Positions 8,681-17,701 of a DNA stretch of 64,000 bases are shown here, piece after piece. A program made the position numbers and the translations under genes. Every line of letters starts with the position of its first letter. Within the stretch, counting starts at the first letter, position 1. Below the pieces are notes generated by a model that made no database searches, was not told the origin of the DNA, and worked only from the letters and a program-made list of their open reading frames with translations. This DNA comes from a virus (lineage: Duplodnaviria; Caudoviricetes). The stretch is from IMG/VR virus record IMGVR_UViG_3300006099_000007, positions 15,529 through 79,528 of that record; one strand, given 5' to 3'.

Positions 8681-8926
8681 TCATAAGAAAATTTCTTTTC
8701 CTTCCAGTTGTTTTAATATCTTATCCCTTCTTTTGCGGGCCACGTATAGATCTCGGGTACTGAGAAGTTTTTTTATGATTTTGTTTTCTTTTCCATTAGT
8801 GAGATATAGAACGATATGAAACCCGTCTTTGTCTAGCCAGAGGTTATAGTTGTAGTCATAGTCATGTATGGGTTTGGAGATAAGCCGGTAGTAGTTGTCG
8901 GTTTCTTTATTATGTTCTGTATTCAT
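8681..8926 (-). CDS. Small basic protein resembling integrase arm-binding domains
   Basis: Beta-strand segment followed by LSTRDLYVARKRRD. Confidence 0.4.
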   Translation of the reverse strand: MNTEHNKETDNYYRLISKPIHDYDYNYNLWLDKDGFHIVLYLTNGKENKIIKKLLSTRDLYVARKRRDKILKQLEGKEIFL

Positions 8927-8932
8927 ATTCTT

Positions 8933-9139
8933 TTATTTGTAAGATGTCTGTGATAGATAGATAAGTTTTGATGTGGCGTCGTTCGGAGTGTCGCCGTAAG
9001 CTTTTTGGGTTATCCATATTCCATTAAGACGGTAGGCGCGCCACTTCCGCGAACCTTCTTTTGTGATGAAAATTTTAGTTCCTTTGACTCTTAGAGCATC
9101 CTGTTTTTTTGAATAGGTATAGTCGTATTTGGTGGTCAT
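8933..9139 (-). CDS. Hypothetical phage protein
   Basis: ORF packed in the AT-rich leftward operon. Confidence 0.45.
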   Translation of the reverse strand: MTTKYDYTYSKKQDALRVKGTKIFITKEGSRKWRAYRLNGIWITQKAYGDTPNDATSKLIYLSQTSYK

Positions 9140-9324
9140 TTTTTTCTTCTTTTCCGGTTGAGTATTTTTCTTTTAATTTCCTTCCAGTTGTTGCCGATGG
9201 AGCCGGTGCATATATCCTTGACTATGGAGCCGTCATACATTGCTTCAATGTGCATGGCGTCAATTTTTAAGTGGGCTTTCCATACGTTAAGGCCGTATTT
9301 CCTTCTTTTGGCCGGAGCTTTCAT
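9136..9324 (-). CDS. Hypothetical basic phage protein
   Basis: 4-bp overlap with the next gene. Confidence 0.45.
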   Translation of the reverse strand: MKAPAKRRKYGLNVWKAHLKIDAMHIEAMYDGSIVKDICTGSIGNNWKEIKRKILNRKRRKK

Positions 9325-9344
9325 AGTGATATTTGATTAAGCGT

Positions 9345-9773
9345 TTAATCCTCAGGCAACGGATATTCCGGAAACATGATTATTTCCCCTTCATCTATTT
9401 GTTTATTTAGGCAACTTGCTTCCTTTTCGAGTGCTTTTATTTGTTCACGGATTCTTAAAAACCGCTGAATAGCAACATTATTTTCCGCTTCTTGCGGCGA
9501 GATGCGGAAGGCAATCTGTTTGGCCCTTTTTCCTGATTTGTCCATGCCGTCCTTGCGGATATTGAAAGTGTAAAAAGCACTCCATTTCCCTGTAGTGGTA
9601 ACAGCGAAAAAATTTTTCATATAGGCGCAAACGACAATGCCAAAATCCCAATGTGCTTTCCCTTTCTTTTCGTAAGGCGATGATGAAGGCTCAACAAGGA
9701 AGCGTATCAGTTCGCCGTTTTTGACGTCGTCAAATTGTCTTGTCCTTTTCATGGGATTATTTAATTTCTTCAA
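9345..9773 (-). CDS. Hypothetical phage protein
   Basis: 142-aa ORF in the operon. Confidence 0.5.
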   Translation of the reverse strand: MKKLNNPMKRTRQFDDVKNGELIRFLVEPSSSPYEKKGKAHWDFGIVVCAYMKNFFAVTTTGKWSAFYTFNIRKDGMDKSGKRAKQIAFRISPQEAENNVAIQRFLRIREQIKALEKEASCLNKQIDEGEIIMFPEYPLPED

Positions 9774-9978
9774 GGTAGTCTAAAGCTCCTGCTATGCATT
9801 CCGCGGCCTCCGTCATGGAACAAATGGCATCTACAGATTTCTTTATGCGGCTGATCTTCTGTTCCGGAAGGTTAGCATGATACTCTTCTTCTTTCTCCAT
9901 GATAGTTTCCAGTCGGGAATGAAGGTTCTGGAGTGCTTTATGCAGTTTTTTTATCTCTTTGCGGCGTTGTTTATTCAT
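9757..9978 (-). CDS. Small coiled-coil phage protein (MNKQRRKEI type)
   Basis: MNKQRRKEI...EEEYHANLPE pattern that I recall from phage hypothetical proteins. Confidence 0.6.
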   Translation of the reverse strand: MNKQRRKEIKKLHKALQNLHSRLETIMEKEEEYHANLPEQKISRIKKSVDAICSMTEAAECIAGALDYLEEIK

Positions 9979-10022
9979 GTTTTTTCTTGGTGGGAGGTGG
10001 TTGTTGGTGGTAGGGTGTTTTT

Positions 10023-10229
10023 ATGGATAACTTTGATGATTATATTGACTTAGTTTTAGTATCTGGAAGGCATATCATAGTAGGGTGGAATTCTATTGTT
10101 TCCGTTGAGTATGGGGGCGTGAAGGGAGAGCCTGTACGGATTTCTCTGATGAATGGTTTGGTGTTTGAGTTGAAGTCTGACCAATGGGATTTGCTGATGT
10201 TGAGGATTGATAAGGGATATTTGGAGTAA
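10023..10229 (+). CDS. Small hypothetical protein opposite to the operon
   Basis: 68-aa ORF with ordinary composition; overlaps the 3' end of 10093-10737. Confidence 0.4.
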   Translation: MDNFDDYIDLVLVSGRHIIVGWNSIVSVEYGGVKGEPVRISLMNGLVFELKSDQWDLLMLRIDKGYLE

Positions 10230-10737
10230 AGCGGGAATCCCAGTTCGTCAGAAGGGAAGAGGTTTGTTCCGGGGTGAGGTGATAGGCGGAGCGCAAAATG
10301 TGTTCTATGCGGTAGCGGGCCGCGTGGCCAGGTTCGTAAGTTGTTTTTTTGAGCCAGAGGGCCGCGCGGGTGTAGTTGTCTTCAGGGGCGTCCGTATTTT
10401 TTTCTTCCGGCGCGGTCCATAGGGGATCATAGGCAAGGTAAGTCGTGAAGCCTTTGCGGGCGGTGGCTATGATAAGACGCTCGGAATAGTAGCCCCCTTT
10501 GTGCTCTTCCAATATGGAGGGGGTGATGGCGTGGAATGTAAGGATTCCGTGTTCGGTGTAGTAGAGCCGGCAGGAATTGGTTTCTAGCAGGTGTTGATGG
10601 TGCGGTGTTCCTACAGGGAAAGGAATAGTCCGGATGATTGCCCGGTCTGTGAACTCTGCGAGATCCAACAAGGGATGAAGGGGAGTATTTTGCGTGGGGG
10701 TGTTCATGGTGGTTCCTTTTTTGTGTTCTGTACTCAT
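10093..10737 (-). CDS. Hypothetical phage protein
   Basis: Follows the A-rich linker; low-complexity C-terminal tail. Confidence 0.5.
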   Translation of the reverse strand: MSTEHKKGTTMNTPTQNTPLHPLLDLAEFTDRAIIRTIPFPVGTPHHQHLLETNSCRLYYTEHGILTFHAITPSILEEHKGGYYSERLIIATARKGFTTYLAYDPLWTAPEEKNTDAPEDNYTRAALWLKKTTYEPGHAARYRIEHILRSAYHLTPEQTSSLLTNWDSRFTPNIPYQSSTSANPIGQTSTQTPNHSSEKSVQALPSRPHTQRKQ

Positions 10738-10763
10738 ATTTTTTTGATGGTTGGTTGTGGTTG

Positions 10764-10973
10764 TTAGGCGGCGGGGCGGTTGCGGCGATCACGCAGGAGA
10801 ATGAGGCGGCCTATGAAGTCCGCAAAAGTGCGGGCGAGCATTTCCGGACTTGCACCGGGGTTAGCGGCGGCGTGCATGTCCATGAGGGCCGCGTGTTCCT
10901 CCGCAGTAAAGGGGAGATAGACTAGTTGGGTGGTCGTTTGATTCGGATTTGTATGAGATATATTACATTCCAT
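10764..10973 (-). CDS. Small regulator-like protein (Cro-position gene of switch 1)
   Basis: Divergent from HTH gene 11074; ends NRPAA. Confidence 0.45.
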   Translation of the reverse strand: MECNISHTNPNQTTTQLVYLPFTAEEHAALMDMHAAANPGASPEMLARTFADFIGRLILLRDRRNRPAA

Positions 10974-11073
10974 GAATGATTGAATATAGATTTATTCACA
11001 TTTAGTCAAGACGTAAATGTAATGTAATTCACATTTTTGCGTTTCTTGATTGACAAAATAAGAATTTTTCTAC

Positions 11074-11430
11074 ATGTTTTCGCCCATGAAGAATGATGAG
11101 GTCAAGCAGTGGCTGAAGAGCTGTGGCAAGAATGGCGTTTGGCTGGCAGCCCAGTTGGGCCGCACAACGGCCTCCATTTATAAATGGCTGAATGTTCCCG
11201 GCGCAGATGTGCCGCGCGCGCATGAGAAGCTGATTTCTTTGCTGATGGAGAAGGAAGCGGCGGCCCGTGTGGACCGGGAGAAGCATGAGGTGTGCTGCGG
11301 TTTTACGGAGGAAGAATTTTCCCGGTTGTCCGCGCATGCGGCGGTGCAGGGAATGACAGTGGAAGAATGGGCCTTGCATTTGTTGAGAGGCTTGACGTTT
11401 TTCCCGCGGGATGGGCGGGACAGTGAGTGA
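11074..11430 (+). CDS. HTH repressor-like protein 1 (HTH plus RHH-like C-terminus)
   Basis: VWLAAQLGRTTASIYKW helix-turn-helix; paralog of 11781-12134. Confidence 0.7.
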   Translation: MFSPMKNDEVKQWLKSCGKNGVWLAAQLGRTTASIYKWLNVPGADVPRAHEKLISLLMEKEAAARVDREKHEVCCGFTEEEFSRLSAHAAVQGMTVEEWALHLLRGLTFFPRDGRDSE

Positions 11431-11485
11431 CGCCGCAGGTGCGCGGCGTTATTCAGCTTTTTTTGATGGTTGGTTGTGGTTGAGG

Positions 11486-11671
11486 TCAGGCGGCGGGGCG
11501 GTTGAGGGTGGTGGTTTTTGATTTTGAATATTGGTCCAGGGCGTATGAGATGATTCCGTGGACCAGGTCTTTCACCGGGATATGGATGTGTTCAGCAATG
11601 CCTTCCAATGCCTGGAAGTCTTCTTCCTTCAGCCGGATGATGAGGTTGGTTTGTAATGATGTCGTAGCCAT
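11486..11671 (-). CDS. Ribbon-helix-helix-like regulator (switch 2)
   Basis: NLIIRLKEEDFQALEGIAEHIHIPVKDLVHGII pattern; ends NRPAA. Confidence 0.55.
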   Translation of the reverse strand: MATTSLQTNLIIRLKEEDFQALEGIAEHIHIPVKDLVHGIISYALDQYSKSKTTTLNRPAA

Positions 11672-11780
11672 GGTTTTTGATTACAACAAAGTTGCTCGTC
11701 AGTCAAAATATTTTTACTCAAAAGTTGTCATTCGGGAAAATTGTTTGACCTGCCGTGCAATTTTGTTGTAGTGTCCGGGC

Positions 11781-12134
11781 ATGGAAAAATTTAGAGATGA
11801 GCTGAAAAGTTGGATGAAAGAATCAGGAAAAAGCCGTGACTGGGTGGCTGAAAAATTGGGTGTTGGTAAAAGAACAGTAGATTCTTGGTTTTCCTATAAG
11901 CAGATTCCAGAAAAAAAGCAAAAGTTGCTCCGGGAATTGATGGAGAAAGAGCAACAACCGAAGCAGGTTGAGATCAGTATGGATTTTACGCCGGAACAAC
12001 TGGAAATGATCCGTCAGGCTGCGGCGTTGAGGGGGGAAACTCCCGGAGAATGGTGTGAGCGGGCGATTAAGGCCTTAACTGCTGTGTCCGTAGCCCTGAA
12101 TGATTATCACCGGTTAGGCGGGAAGGGAGGATAA
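11781..12134 (+). CDS. HTH repressor-like protein 2 (possibly leaderless mRNA)
   Basis: DWVAEKLGVGKRTVDSW; TTGACC-18 bp-TAGTGT places +1 near the ATG. Confidence 0.75.
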   Translation: MEKFRDELKSWMKESGKSRDWVAEKLGVGKRTVDSWFSYKQIPEKKQKLLRELMEKEQQPKQVEISMDFTPEQLEMIRQAAALRGETPGEWCERAIKALTAVSVALNDYHRLGGKGG

Positions 12135-12181
12135 AAAAGCCGTGCCTGGTGAGAGGCACGGCGGAAGGAAATGCAGATATA

Positions 12182-13105
12182 TTATAGAACTTCTCTTAGT
12201 AGCTCTTCACGTTTTTTCCCCGATTCTATTTCCGCTTCTTCCCAAAATTCCTGTTCTGTGATGATAACAGTAGGAGAACCCGGTTCCATAGCATGGGCCA
12301 GTTTTCCGCCGATATTTCCGTGTTTGTAAGCTGTTGACCCTTCAGCGCACCATATCAGGAGGTCTGCTCTGGAGCTTTTACTTGATATTCCGCCGCCTAA
12401 ATTTTCCACAATTTTTTCTAAATGTTTCCGTTGCGCATAAGGTGATTTCCCGGTGAATAGGCACCAAGTCCTTTTGAAAGCCGGCCAGTTTTTTGATTCA
12501 TGGGAGGCGGTGCGTTGGCGAGATATCCATGATTCTGATTTTGCAAGAAGAGTATCAGAACCAAAAGGTTTAAGAAAAAGTAACATGCGGATTTTTCCTT
12601 TTCCTGTTTCTAAATAACTGGTCATGATTTCCCGCGCGGTTTTATAGGGTTGCCAAGTAGATATTTTTTCTGATTCAGGAGGCAAAAAAGAAATAAGACG
12701 GGAGATAAGTTCTGCGGTGATTGAAGATGAATAGCTGAGGGAAAACAAGTGTTTAGCAAGGTGATTCCATAAATGATTGTAATAAAGGAGTTTTTCTTTA
12801 TCTCGGCTAATGGGATTTCTGTCTTGTATCATTTTAAGAGATAAATTCCAGAAATCATAAGGAGAGAGGTTTTGTTCTTTTATAGCCCATAAAACTTCTG
12901 AAGCACCTGGCTGTTTTTTTAATCTTTGAAGAGTTGGAAGCACTTCTGGAATATCATCTAGATTTGGAGAGAGATTTAACAAATCGCAAGCAAGCATATA
13001 TCCTGTAAATTCAAACAGGCAAATATCTGTTTTGCGAGAACCGCAGTTGTGAATGAATAGGGGGTTATCTTCGCTGTCAGATAGCGTATATGAAATGGTT
13101 ACCAT
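12182..13105 (-). CDS. Protein with C-terminal BRCT domain
   Basis: WCLFTG..RKHLEKIVENLGG..ADLLI..GGKL..A..IITEQEFW; AT-rich; start set at the internal ATG to avoid overlap. Confidence 0.7.
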   Translation of the reverse strand: MVTISYTLSDSEDNPLFIHNCGSRKTDICLFEFTGYMLACDLLNLSPNLDDIPEVLPTLQRLKKQPGASEVLWAIKEQNLSPYDFWNLSLKMIQDRNPISRDKEKLLYYNHLWNHLAKHLFSLSYSSSITAELISRLISFLPPESEKISTWQPYKTAREIMTSYLETGKGKIRMLLFLKPFGSDTLLAKSESWISRQRTASHESKNWPAFKRTWCLFTGKSPYAQRKHLEKIVENLGGGISSKSSRADLLIWCAEGSTAYKHGNIGGKLAHAMEPGSPTVIITEQEFWEEAEIESGKKREELLREVL

Positions 13106-13118
13106 GATTGCAGGATGG

Positions 13119-13517
13119 TTATTTTTTGACGATACAGACAAGAAGCTTGATGATGCTGGCAGCAACAAGCCACCCCATGGAAAGAAGAAGGGCAAGCAGG
13201 ATAATAAGGCCAAATCCGGCCAGAGGTATGCGGGATATTTCCGGTACTGGATAAGTGCGGATGCCGGTGATAAGAGTTCCGATGAAGGTTAATACCGCAA
13301 AAAAGATGCAGACATTGGCCGTTCCGGTGGCAAGGGAAAGGGCGGATTCCTGTTCAGAGGCTTTATCCTTTCCCTTTTTGGAATTGGGGGCTGTCTGGCT
13401 GATGACGGTAGGAATAGCCGTGAAACTGTGCTGGCAGTGCGGGCAAATGCAGGGCTTGCCGACATAGTGATCCGGGCAGGTGATATTATTGTTACAGTTT
13501 GGACAAGTAGTGTTCAT
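13119..13517 (-). CDS. Zinc-ribbon membrane protein
   Basis: CPNC..CPHC at the N-terminus and two TM helices. Confidence 0.7.
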   Translation of the reverse strand: MNTTCPNCNNNITCPDHYVGKPCICPHCQHSFTAIPTVISQTAPNSKKGKDKASEQESALSLATGTANVCIFFAVLTFIGTLITGIRTYPVPEISRIPLAGFGLIILLALLLSMGWLVAASIIKLLVCIVKK

Positions 13518-13671
13518 TGGTGAAATATCCTATATTTAGCTTAATTTTGAAGGTGCGGACAAGTTTTTTTTATAATGTTAGAATTGATGCTGGCCAAGCA
13601 GAGTGAAGGGGAAAACATAAAAAGCCCATGGCTGGAGCCATGGGCTTGCGGGAAAAAGCTGGTGTGACAAG

Positions 13672-14043
13672 TCAGATGAGGGCAAGATTGTTATCCTGCA
13701 ACGCACTCTGAAGACGTTCCGCTTCCTTTGGAGTGAGGGGCGTCCGGTTTTTGATACGGGCATTCAGGGTACGTTGTTCCAAGCCAATGAGCCGGGCTAT
13801 GGCCGATTTATTGAGCAGGGCGGAGGCGCGGGCCAGGCTTTCAATAGTAGGGGGAGGAAGGGGAATGGGGCGGTTGATGGCGCGGGCCGTTTCCAGCCAG
13901 TCCTGAATAGCGCGCTTGGCTTCCGCCAGGGCAGCTTCTTCCGTAGGGCCGTCCGCCATGCAGCCGGGAAGCTGGGGGACGGTGGCGATGAAAGAGGCAT
14001 CTTCATCGCTCCATTCGATGTTGATCGTGTAGTGCGGGGTCAT
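13672..14043 (-). CDS. hicB: HicB antitoxin with C-terminal HTH
   Basis: IEWSDEDASFIATVPQLPGCMADGPTEEAALAE signature. Confidence 0.9.
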   Translation of the reverse strand: MTPHYTINIEWSDEDASFIATVPQLPGCMADGPTEEAALAEAKRAIQDWLETARAINRPIPLPPPTIESLARASALLNKSAIARLIGLEQRTLNARIKNRTPLTPKEAERLQSALQDNNLALI

Positions 14044-14300
14044 AGCGTTTTATGGAGGTTGTATTGGTTGATAATGGTTCTTATCTGTTTGAGCTGGTAG
14101 GGTTTGGCTTTTCCATTGGGGCCGGGTTGGATGTTAATAATCTCTGGGATCTTTTCATGCCAGGCGACCATATGGGAACCTCCAGTTTGCCTGAATTGAA
14201 AATGGAGATGGGAGAGCAATTTGGTTGCTTCTTCAAAAGTGACGTTCCCTGTTTTGTCAGGGTTCATGATTTTTTCCAGAAGCTTTTTCTTGCTGCTCAT
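14040..14300 (-). CDS. hicA: HicA toxin
   Basis: FRQTGGSH..INIQP..GKAKPYQLKQ signature; overlaps hicB start. Confidence 0.9.
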   Translation of the reverse strand: MSSKKKLLEKIMNPDKTGNVTFEEATKLLSHLHFQFRQTGGSHMVAWHEKIPEIINIQPGPNGKAKPYQLKQIRTIINQYNLHKTL

Positions 14301-14506
14301 GTTTCGATATTACCTTTTTTAGAAAATCAAGCAAGGAAAATATTTCTCAATTTAGAAATATGAAGATTCCAGATAGGAGTTTGTTACGGATGAATGAGTT
14401 TGGATGACTCTCTGAAGCTGGCCTTTTTTCTCTTTCTGCTCAAATAGTTCTTGCCTTTTGGCTTCCGACGGTGTTTACTCCCTTGCGCAGTCCCTGCAAA
14501 CCTAAT

Positions 14507-14582
14507 GTCGCGTTCGTCTAGCGGTCCAGGACTCCCGCCTTTCACGCGGGCAACACGGGTTCGAGTCCCGTACGCGATGCCA
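14507..14582 (+). tRNA. tRNA-Glu (UUC)
   Basis: 76-nt cloverleaf, anticodon arm CCCGC-CTTTCAC-GCGGG, TTCGAGT T-loop, encoded CCA; first pair is G1-U72. Confidence 0.95.
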
Positions 14583-14599
14583 GTTTCTCTATTCTTTCC

Positions 14600-14631
14600 G
14601 GCGTCATGAGCAGTTCATGACGCCTTTTTTT
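14600..14631 (+). terminator. Intrinsic terminator after tRNA-Glu
   Basis: GGCGTCATGA/TCATGACGCC stem plus T-tract. Confidence 0.85.
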
Positions 14632-15354
14632 GTGTTCTTCCGCGTCGTTGCCGCGTGCCGTTCTTCCCTTTCTCCCGCCTTCTTCTCCTTGTCCGTTTTT
14701 AAGGCGTTTTCACACTTTCATTTTAGATTTGGGAAGCGTCGTTCCTGTCCGAGAACGGCGCGCTTTTGTGCGGATTGAAAGGGGGCGTGGGGTTTTGAAG
14801 AGTGCTTCGCAAGGAGGAACATGCCGGAGCGTGGGCAGATAACGGCGCGTTTTTGAAACGTGGCGCAGGATGACGGCGCAGGGAATAAGCGTTTGATGAT
14901 AAGATGAATATGTATCTTATAGCGTACTTGCGTACTTATTACCGGATAATAACGGATAGAAGAATGATATATAAAAAAGATTCCGAAAAGAAAACACGGG
15001 GCAAGGGCGCGAACGGCACGCAGGCAAGGCCGGCATGGGGAAGGCAGGGCCGCCATGCGGGCGCATGATGGCAGGTGCCGGGTGGGCGGCAAGGAATCTT
15101 TTAATTGAGGGGCCCTGATCGCGGAGTTCGGCGGACACAGGGAAAGGCGGGAGTGTTCATGAAGGGATTTTTTTAGCGCACCATGAAGGGGAATGGTCAT
15201 GTTTTTGTTCGCGTGGGTCTGCGGTTTTTTCGCAAAAGCGGACGGATGGCGGCGTTTTTTTCGTCTTCCGGGCGGCGGACGGGGGAAAGAGGCTGATTTG
15301 GAGGGCGTTTTTTCGTTTTTGAAAATTTCGCTTAATAGTAGAGGGAGCGAAGTT

Positions 15355-15963
15355 ATGGGACAGAAGAGAGACAGAGTAAACGGCGCGCTGAAGAAGGCTT
15401 TCGCGGAGAAGAATGGAAAGTCTTTGCGTTGGGCGCAGATAGAAGCGGCCAAGGATTCCCCTGCATGGAGGGGTTTTCTGGCAGAGCAGTTTCCGCCGTC
15501 ACCTGCGAAAGCGGACGGAGGCGGCGGAGAGGGCGCGCCCATGGGCGGCGCGTCCGATTTGGCGCGGGCAGGGGAGGCGAAGGAAAGCGCATGGCAGATT
15601 TTGAAGAGGATGGAAGAGCAACTGGAAACGGCCGCCCGGTCCGGTGACGTGGGGTTGATTGCGTCGTTCACCCGTGCCGTGCGCGAAGCGCGCGCGAATT
15701 GGGAGCGGGCCGGCCTGCATGAGCAGAGGCTTCAGGAGGCGGCCGGAAGTCTGGTGCCGGTCCATGTGTTTCACGAGATGCGGACGCGGGGCGTTGCGCC
15801 GCTGGCGGAGCTGATGGCGCAGCAGAGGGACTTTATTGGTTCCCGGCTGGAGGCGGCCGGACGGCCGCGTTTTTATGAAGCCTGGGACGAATGGGCGCGG
15901 GAGTGGAACAGGAAGATTGATGACCTGAACGCGGAAATAAACGGATTGTTGAATCATGTTTAG
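15355..15963 (+). CDS. Putative terminase small subunit
   Basis: Directly upstream of and overlapping the GpA-type large subunit. Confidence 0.55.
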   Translation: MGQKRDRVNGALKKAFAEKNGKSLRWAQIEAAKDSPAWRGFLAEQFPPSPAKADGGGGEGAPMGGASDLARAGEAKESAWQILKRMEEQLETAARSGDVGLIASFTRAVREARANWERAGLHEQRLQEAAGSLVPVHVFHEMRTRGVAPLAELMAQQRDFIGSRLEAAGRPRFYEAWDEWAREWNRKIDDLNAEINGLLNHV

Positions 15964-17701
15964 CAAGTTGAAGATACATGAGAAGCCGGGCGTGGTGGAG
16001 TGGGCGGAAAGATGCCTGGTCCTGCCGCGGGAGACTTCACCGAACGCGCCGGGGCGGTTTTCCACGGCGCGCATGCCGTATATGCGGGAACCGCTGGAAA
16101 GCATCAGGGAAGAGGGGTTGCAGCATATTTACTGGTGTTTCGGCACGCAGTCCGGCAAGACGGTTTCGCTGTTGATTGCGGCGGCGTATTTTATTGACAA
16201 TGACCCCGCGCCCATGTTGTGGGCGTTGCCTACGGAAATTCTTGCCAGGTCGTTTTCACGGGCGCGGCTCCAGCCGCTTATATCCAAGAATGATGTGCTG
16301 GCGCGGCATAAGCGGCGTGACCCTGACGCCTTCACGGCGGCGGAAATGCGCCTGGATTCCATGGAACTTTACATGGTTGGGGTGTCGGAGCCGGGCAATT
16401 TGTCCAGCAGGCCCATTATGCGCTGCGTGATGGACGAGGAAGCGAAGTATAAGCATGAGAATAAGGAAGAAGCGCACCCGGTGGACCTGATTGAAGAGCG
16501 CGCGAAGGGCTTTCACCGGTATCAGATTCTGCATGCGTCCACGCCTTCTTCCGAAGATTCTTATTTCTGGCAGAATTTTATTACCACGGACATGCGGAAG
16601 TTTTATGTGCCGTGTCCGCGCTGCGGGGAAATGATGCCCCTGGAGTTTAGCCGGAATACGGTGCAATGGGAAAGGCGGGAGGATCTGGAAGGGGATGCGC
16701 TGGCGGATTGGGTGCAGGATCATACGTTTTACGTGTGCCCGCATTGCGAGGGCCGGGTGGAGGATTGGGAGAAGATTGGGATGATGGAAAAGGGGGAGTG
16801 GCGGCCGACGAATCCGAACGCCTCCCGCGCGCGGCGGGGGTATCACCTGAATTCCCTTTATTCCCCGTTTGTGACATGGGGGCAGACGGCGCGGAAGTTC
16901 ATCGTGGCTCAAAATGACCTGTTCCGGCAGGTGGCCCTGCACAATTTCCGGAACGGCTGGGAGGCGTTGCCGTTTACGCAGTATGAAATCAAGGTGGGGG
17001 ATGACAGTGTGCGGGGGCTGCGCGGTGTGTGCCGGCGCGGAGAGTTGCCGCGGCATTATTATTATATGGTAGTGGCCTATGACCCCGGCCAGAATCAAAC
17101 TCACTGGGTGGCGCAGGCGATAGGGCGCGGCGGGGAAACATGGGTGGTTGATTGGGGGACCCTGCTGGGCATCAGCACGACGGACGCGACGCCGGGCATA
17201 GGGGCCCATTTTGAAAGCCTGGAGTGGGGCGGGGTGCGTCCTGATTTTGGGCTGATTGATTCCGGGGATTGGGCGCAGAAGGTTTATGACGAGTGTTATA
17301 AGTATTACGGCAAGCTATGGCCTACGAAGGGGAGCGGCGCGAATTTCGGAAGCTGGAATGTTAGCGAAGTGAAGTCGCATCCGGGGCTGGAGCTTTATTT
17401 GTACGTGGACCGCACCGCCAAAATGGAGCTTTACGCGGGGCGCATCCAGAAAGGGGCGGCTCCGGCCCTGCATTTGCCGGAAGATGCGGATCAGGATTTG
17501 CTGGCCGGATTGTCCGGGCAGCAGCTTGAGAAGCCAAGGGGCGGCGGCCTGGCGCAATGGCGGAAGCTGCCGAATGACCATTATGGAGACTGCGTAAAAA
17601 TCGGGCAGGTGTCCTGGTGGGTGCGGCGCGGGGATTTTTACGCGGAAGAAATGAACGCGATTGAAGAAAGGAAGCAGAATGAGGGAGTACCGGAAGAATG
17701 A
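15956..17701 (+). CDS. Terminase large subunit, lambda GpA family
   Basis: GRFSTARMPYMREPL, GTQSGKT, VMDEE, STP, FYVPCPRCG and C-terminal NDHYGDC. Confidence 0.95.
   Translation: MFSKLKIHEKPGVVEWAERCLVLPRETSPNAPGRFSTARMPYMREPLESIREEGLQHIYWCFGTQSGKTVSLLIAAAYFIDNDPAPMLWALPTEILARSFSRARLQPLISKNDVLARHKRRDPDAFTAAEMRLDSMELYMVGVSEPGNLSSRPIMRCVMDEEAKYKHENKEEAHPVDLIEERAKGFHRYQILHASTPSSEDSYFWQNFITTDMRKFYVPCPRCGEMMPLEFSRNTVQWERREDLEGDALADWVQDHTFYVCPHCEGRVEDWEKIGMMEKGEWRPTNPNASRARRGYHLNSLYSPFVTWGQTARKFIVAQNDLFRQVALHNFRNGWEALPFTQYEIKVGDDSVRGLRGVCRRGELPRHYYYMVVAYDPGQNQTHWVAQAIGRGGETWVVDWGTLLGISTTDATPGIGAHFESLEWGGVRPDFGLIDSGDWAQKVYDECYKYYGKLWPTKGSGANFGSWNVSEVKSHPGLELYLYVDRTAKMELYAGRIQKGAAPALHLPEDADQDLLAGLSGQQLEKPRGGGLAQWRKLPNDHYGDCVKIGQVSWWVRRGDFYAEEMNAIEERKQNEGVPEE

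Larger units (their letters stand above)
10739..11504. repeat. Direct repeat of about 44 bp TTTTTTGATGGTTGGTTGTGGTTG..AGGCGGCGGGGCGGTTG at about 10739 and 11459
   Basis: Both copies end leftward ORFs with NRPAA-stop. Confidence 0.8.

Noticed and set aside
14507-14582. tRNA-Glu as an integration site
   Set aside because: No duplicated 3' fragment or adjacent integrase was noticed in the window; cannot be excluded outside it.
15085-15285. Possible cos site (GGGCGGCGGACG near 15269 resembles lambda GGGCGGCGACCT)
   Set aside because: The position upstream of a GpA terminase is plausible, but the match is partial and GC-rich; virion end sequencing is needed.
14630-15671. ORFs 14718-15671 (-), 14630-14842 (+), 14917-15138 (-) and the 5' extension 15193-15354
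   Set aside because: Low-complexity translations over a probable non-coding packaging region, or shadows of the small terminase gene.
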